NCBI GenBank assembly: GCA_002499345.1
Contig: DALF01000019.1
Location: 11,021-75,020, forward strand
Source: Euryarchaeota archaeon UBA170
GTDB taxonomy: Archaea; Thermoplasmatota; Poseidoniia; Poseidoniales; Thalassarchaeaceae
Direction: 5' to 3'
DNA: 64,000 bases
The notes under the pieces are model-generated. The model ran no database searches, was not told the origin of the DNA, and saw nothing but the letters and a program-made list of their open reading frames with translations. A program made the translations under genes and the position numbers. Every line of letters begins with the position of its first letter. The stretch's first letter is position 1. Below are positions 59,324 to 64,000 of this stretch, piece by piece.

Positions 59324-61549
59324 TCAGACAGATTCTATTCCTGCAAGACTATCTGGTAATCTTCTAACAGATTGCAGACCACTGGTAAGTAGGTCTTCCA
59401 TCCTATTGTAATAGAGCATCATCTCATCAGTAACCGTGGGTCTGACCCTTTCAACTGCCTCCTCAAAGTGCTTTTTACTGACGGTTTTCCTATCCGCCCT
59501 CATAGCAATAAGTCCTGCTTCCCTGCAGACTGCTTCGATATCGGCACCTGTGTAATTCTCGAGCTTGGAGGCTATTTCATCAAGCGAGAATTTTCCTAAA
59601 GGCATTTTTTCTGTATGGATTTCTAAGATTGCCTTGAGTGCCTCAGGATCGGGAGGGGGTACATGCATAACTCTCTCAAACCTTCCACTTCTCAGAAGGG
59701 CTGGATCAATCATCTCCGGGCGGTTTGTTGCTGCAACAACAATCACTCCTTCCATCCCCTCAACGCCATCCATACTGCTTAGTAACTGATTAACTACTCT
59801 GTTGATAACATCAGAGCCCTCTCCTGAACTAGATCTTCTGATACCAGCTATACTCTCGAATTCATCTAGGAAGATAATCGACGGACTGGACTGTTTAGCT
59901 TTCTTGAAGACCTCCCTAACTGCCTTCTCTGATTCACCAACCCATTTGGAAATTAGCTCTGGACCCTTGATGGTGATGAAATTAGCTTTAGCCTCACTGG
60001 CTATTGCCTTTGCCAGTAGAGTCTTGCCGGTCCCAGGAGCGCCAAATAGTACTATTCCTCTTGGTGGGTTAATGCCGAAGTGTTCGAATAATTCGGGCTT
60101 GGTAAGTGGCCATTCGATACTTTCTTTTAGCCTATCTTTAATCTCTTGTAGACCTCCTACTTCATCCCAAGATACTTCTGGAACTTCCAAGTATATCTCC
60201 CTCAGTGCACTTGGCTCAACCTCCTTTATAGCCATCCTGAAATCTGCCATTATTACTGCCATCTTTTCCAAGACCTCAGGAGGTATTTGCTCTTCATCTA
60301 GGTCTATTTCCGGCAAATATCTTCTGAGAGCCTTCATTGCAGACTCCCTTACTAGAGCCGAAATATCAGCACCAACAAATCCGTTTGTGTTATCAAGTAG
60401 CCATTCTACGTCGAAATCGTCACTTATGGGCATCCCCCGAGTATGGATTCCAATTATCTCGGCCCTGCCATTCTTATCCGGAACCCCAATCTCTATCTCA
60501 CGGTCGAACCTCCCTGGCCTCCTCAAAGCTGGATCGATAGCGTCTTGTCTATTTGTGGCACCTATAACGACGACGTTGTCTCTTCCCTGCATCCCATCGA
60601 GTAGAGTTAGTAATTGAGCGACCACTCTTCTCTCCACTTCGCCACTGACATCTTCCCTCTTGGGGGCAATACTATCTAGCTCATCGATGAAGATAATAGC
60701 TGGAGTATTTGCTGCAGCCTCCTCGAATATTTCTCTGAGCTGCTTTTCACTTTCCCCGTAGTATTTTGATATAATTTCTGGACCATTGATGGAGGTAAAG
60801 TGCGCGTTTGTCTCAGATGCAACAGCCTTGGCGATGAGGGTTTTTCCAGTACCCGGTGGCCCGTGAAGTAACACTCCCCTTGGAGGGTCTATTCCCAATC
60901 TCCTGAAGAGAATGGGGTGTTTGAGAGGAAGTTCGATCATTTCTCTTACCTTCTGGAGCTGGTCGCCCAAGCCCCCAATATCCTCGTAAGAAATTGTCTG
61001 AACCTCTCCTTGCTCTTCCTCATCGACTGCATCTTCTTTGATTACTATATCAGTATCTGGTAAAACTTGAACGATGCCCTTTGGCTTGGTTGATACGATC
61101 GCAAATGGGAGCGCTTCCGCAAATAGAGTCATTCCTGGAATGAATATTCTGTCTCCAGCTACGACTGGTCTCTTGTTTAACCCCCTGCGCGCGAAACCCT
61201 CAATTCCTGGACCAAATCTTACCTTCTGCTGTTTCGCCATCACTGGACTCAAAACTAGTCTCTGACATGGCTGAGTCTCGACTTTCTTGATATCGACTCT
61301 GTCTCCAAGACTAACTCCGGCATTCTTACGGATTATTCCATCTACCCTTATGACGCCCAGATTAGCATCTTCTGGCCTACACCTCCAAACAATGGCTGCA
61401 GTTTTTCTCTCTCCGGAAACCTCGATAATATCTCCTGGTTTGAGATTCAAATCATTATCAAATGGAACTCTGGCTCTACCATGTCCGACGTCGCTGGGTA
61501 TGGCCTTGGCCACTCTAAGTGTGAGGGAATCAGAATTATCGTCGGTCAT
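59324..61549 (-). CDS. cdc48: CDC48/VAT AAA+ ATPase
   Basis: N-domain, two AAA modules ([16 protein letters not shown]), KYYGESE and [11 protein letters not shown]. Confidence 0.97.
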   Translation of the reverse strand: MTDDNSDSLTLRVAKAIPSDVGHGRARVPFDNDLNLKPGDIIEVSGERKTAAIVWRCRPEDANLGVIRVDGIIRKNAGVSLGDRVDIKKVETQPCQRLVLSPVMAKQQKVRFGPGIEGFARRGLNKRPVVAGDRIFIPGMTLFAEALPFAIVSTKPKGIVQVLPDTDIVIKEDAVDEEEQGEVQTISYEDIGGLGDQLQKVREMIELPLKHPILFRRLGIDPPRGVLLHGPPGTGKTLIAKAVASETNAHFTSINGPEIISKYYGESEKQLREIFEEAAANTPAIIFIDELDSIAPKREDVSGEVERRVVAQLLTLLDGMQGRDNVVVIGATNRQDAIDPALRRPGRFDREIEIGVPDKNGRAEIIGIHTRGMPISDDFDVEWLLDNTNGFVGADISALVRESAMKALRRYLPEIDLDEEQIPPEVLEKMAVIMADFRMAIKEVEPSALREIYLEVPEVSWDEVGGLQEIKDRLKESIEWPLTKPELFEHFGINPPRGIVLFGAPGTGKTLLAKAIASEAKANFITIKGPELISKWVGESEKAVREVFKKAKQSSPSIIFLDEFESIAGIRRSSSGEGSDVINRVVNQLLSSMDGVEGMEGVIVVAATNRPEMIDPALLRSGRFERVMHVPPPDPEALKAILEIHTEKMPLGKFSLDEIASKLENYTGADIEAVCREAGLIAMRADRKTVSKKHFEEAVERVRPTVTDEMMLYYNRMEDLLTSGLQSVRRLPDSLAGIESV

Positions 61550-61690
61550 GTGCTTAGGCTCCTAACACACATCCCTAGTAGCCACATTAGTTAAACCCAC
61601 CAATCAAAGGATGTCAAAAATTGCGATTGGTTATCAGAACGATATATCTCGATGAGTAGCATTATGTCTGTTGGGTGATTCGGTACACTC

Positions 61691-63319
61691 ATGACTCATG
61701 TGCTGGAAACTGGCTTCGAGAAGATGAAATTAGAAAATCCAAATGGCAGTCCCGCCATAAGAGGATACAATATAATTGCAGGAAGGCTTAGCGATTCGGG
61801 CGATGGTAAGACATTTATCAGTCAAAATCCGGCTTGGCTAGAAGATACTCTTGGAGAGTTCCCTCTCTCTACTAAGGAGGATGTACATGAGGCCTTGAGG
61901 GCGGCCCGAAAGGCATTTCCATCTTGGGCATCTACTCCTGCTCCAACCAGGGGTCAAGTGATAGGTAATATGGGCAGACTATTGATGGAAAGGAAGGATG
62001 ATCTTGTCCGCTTGCAGGCACGTGAGATTGGTAAGACTATGAAGGAATGCGGTGGTGAAATTCAGGAAGCGATAGATACTTGTCTTTTCTTCCAGTCAGA
62101 GGGAAGAAGATTATACGGACAGACAGTGAATTCTGAGCTTCCTGACAAAGAGTTATTCACGTACAGGAGGCCACTTGGTGTCTGTGGCATTATCAATGCC
62201 TGTAACTTCCCCTCAGCAGTTCCTTTCTGGAAGATGATTCCAGCCATAATGTGCGGGAACACATGTGTCTGGAAGTCTCCTCAAGACTCTCCTCTTCTCT
62301 CCTTCGCTCTGGCTCGAATTATGCATGAAGCAGGACTTCCTGATGGTGTGATCAATCTCATCCACGGAAAGGGAAGTGGTGCTGGTCAGCATCTAGTAGA
62401 CGCGGCGGACTTGGGGATGGTAGACAAAATTTCGTTCACTGGAAGTACTCCAGTAGGAAAAATGATTGGCGAGACATGTGGAAGGAACCTCGTCAGTGCT
62501 TCATTAGAGCTGGGCGGGAAGAATCCTCTGGTGGTTATGCCATCAGCTAACATTGAAAATGCGGTTGAAGGAGCTTACTGGGCTGGTTTTGGTACTGCTG
62601 GGCAAAGATGTACTAGTCTTGGTAACCTGATTATTCACGAAGACGTGTATGATGAATTCATGTCCAAGTTTATGGAGAAGGTTTCAACAACTCAGATAGG
62701 GGATTCAATGCGTCATGAAGGGGTGCTTTACGGATCAATGCTCTCTGAGAAATATGGTGAAGACTTCCTCAAAGGACTGGAGATGTGTGAAAGCGATGGG
62801 GCAGACAAATTATGGGGTTCTGGAAAAATTACTGGCAATAACCTTCCTGATGGTTTCCATGGAGATGCTGATGAAGGCGTATACATGTGGCCACACGTCT
62901 ATGAGAATGTCACAGAAGATATGAAATGCTTCCATGAAGAAATTTTTGGACCCGTAGTAACGGTAGTAAAGGCCAAGGACTTTGATGATGCTTTGCGCTT
63001 GGCTAACGCTTCTCCATTCGGACTCTCAAGTGCTTGCTACACAAATGATAGGCTAGAGGCTTTCAGATTCAAGACTGGAATCAAAGCAGGAATGACTGGA
63101 ATAAATAACTCTACCACTGGTGCAGAGGCACATCTTCCTTTTGGAGGGGTCAAGGAAAGTGGCAATGGCAGTCGGGAGTCTGGGATTTGGGTAATCGAGT
63201 CATACTCATACTGGCATGCAGTTAATGACGAGCTCTCGGGCAAGCTACAGCTAGCACAGATGGATGTCGAAGAAATAGAGATGGAAGAGGCCGAGGCTGA
63301 CTACTCTGGACTAGCTTAG
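61691..63319 (+). CDS. Aldehyde dehydrogenase family protein
   Basis: EGRRLYG, NFP, SFTGST, LELGGKN, TAGQRCTS, EEIFGP and TTGAEAHLPFGG. Confidence 0.93.
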   Translation: MTHVLETGFEKMKLENPNGSPAIRGYNIIAGRLSDSGDGKTFISQNPAWLEDTLGEFPLSTKEDVHEALRAARKAFPSWASTPAPTRGQVIGNMGRLLMERKDDLVRLQAREIGKTMKECGGEIQEAIDTCLFFQSEGRRLYGQTVNSELPDKELFTYRRPLGVCGIINACNFPSAVPFWKMIPAIMCGNTCVWKSPQDSPLLSFALARIMHEAGLPDGVINLIHGKGSGAGQHLVDAADLGMVDKISFTGSTPVGKMIGETCGRNLVSASLELGGKNPLVVMPSANIENAVEGAYWAGFGTAGQRCTSLGNLIIHEDVYDEFMSKFMEKVSTTQIGDSMRHEGVLYGSMLSEKYGEDFLKGLEMCESDGADKLWGSGKITGNNLPDGFHGDADEGVYMWPHVYENVTEDMKCFHEEIFGPVVTVVKAKDFDDALRLANASPFGLSSACYTNDRLEAFRFKTGIKAGMTGINNSTTGAEAHLPFGGVKESGNGSRESGIWVIESYSYWHAVNDELSGKLQLAQMDVEEIEMEEAEADYSGLA

Positions 63320-63423
63320 AGAAAAATCTCCCCACATTCGGGACATGGGAGGCCAGGGAGCCACGCCCCGGGAAGATACCCACACTTGTAGCAAATCGAT
63401 GATTCCAGTCCGAATTCTTCCAC
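63316..63423 (-). CDS. 35-aa zinc-finger micro-protein (not in ORF track)
   Basis: GTG start; MEEFGLESSICYKCGYLPGAWLPGLPCPECGEIFL* has CxxCG and CPxCG knuckles. A TTGAA box lies 24 nt upstream. Confidence 0.65.
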   Translation of the reverse strand: MEEFGLESSICYKCGYLPGAWLPGLPCPECGEIFL

Positions 63424-63524
63424 ACCTAATCTAGAACAGCTGGGCCTTTCAATGTTGAGTGAGTTTGAATTGGTCAGAAGCAATTGCTTAAGGGGCCGGT
63501 CCGTGCCCTAGGTACAGGGTTATC

Positions 63525-64000
63525 ATGGCTGAATGGGACCGGGACCATCTTAGTTCGCTAGGCATTAATGTCAAGCTTCCTCTTAAGAAGGGTTTTGGGA
63601 AAACGGATAGAATAGATTATTGGTGGACAGAGCCAATATGGATGGGAGTTGCACTTACTGTGGCTTTAGTCTACACAGCGCTCAGGGTCGTATTTTGGGA
63701 TGGTAGCATTCATTATGACGATCACAGAGTCACCTCGCCTATATTCTCCCCAGATATTTTGCACATGCTCCACGTTACAAATCATCCCGGCTGGATGAAT
63801 TCAGCGATGCTTATTCTCTGGATTCCATTTGGATTTAGAGGGACTTGCTATTACATGAGAAGAGTTTACCATCGGACTTTCTTCCAGAATCCTACTGGAT
63901 GTATGGTATCTAAGCCTGAAGTCAGCTATTCTATCGGATATAAGGGTGAGAAGGGACTGTTTATACTGAATAATATCCACAGGTACATGCTCTATCTAGC
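63525..64000 (+). CDS. Succinate dehydrogenase membrane subunit, actinobacterial Sdh1 (Rv0249c-like) type, 3' partial
   Basis: ATG at 63525 is open to the window end and reads ...DYWWTEP...SPIFSP...ILWIPFGFRGTCYYMRRVYHRTFF.NP.GC...YKGE...NNIHRY. Confidence 0.78.
   Translation, partial: MAEWDRDHLSSLGINVKLPLKKGFGKTDRIDYWWTEPIWMGVALTVALVYTALRVVFWDGSIHYDDHRVTSPIFSPDILHMLHVTNHPGWMNSAMLILWIPFGFRGTCYYMRRVYHRTFFQNPTGCMVSKPEVSYSIGYKGEKGLFILNNIHRYMLYL

Noticed and set aside
63222..63425. 67-aa minus-strand ORF in the supplied track
   Set aside because: It overlaps the ALDH gene by ~100 nt and has no motifs. A different minus-strand frame gives the zinc-finger ORF with a correctly spaced promoter box.

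Overview
Gene-dense (~45% GC) core-chromosome window from an archaeon. The gene set and protein styles point to Marine Group II Euryarchaeota (Poseidoniales, Thermoplasmatota); this taxonomy is inferred, not searched. The window starts at a likely replication origin (an AT-rich gap plus orc1/cdc6). It carries about 55 housekeeping or metabolic CDSs: CoA synthesis, gluconeogenesis, Moco, a BoxB-type aromatic-CoA epoxidase cluster, chaperones, CTP synthase, ThrRS, tRNA modification, a CDC48 operon, and the start of an Sdh membrane subunit. It also has two tRNA-Gly genes. I saw no CRISPR array, integrase or transposase. The most striking unexplained signal is a ~285-nt GC-rich, highly structured, K-turn-containing RNA-like element at ~3915-4200 (minus strand). 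It has its own promoter-like element and lacks the RNase P and SRP signatures. It sits in an origin-proximal block with an 871-aa wHTH protein, a TTAC/GTAA-rich intergenic region and two tandem DUF3860-like DNA-binding proteins. Other points of interest are the BoxB cluster with no BoxA reductase, a recurring TT(G/C)AA promoter box ~24 nt before start codons, an unannotated 35-aa zinc-finger protein, a tRNA-Gly with an A1-U72 pair, a chaperonin with a variant P-loop, and a DUF58/DUF4350 module coupled to CDC48 instead of MoxR.
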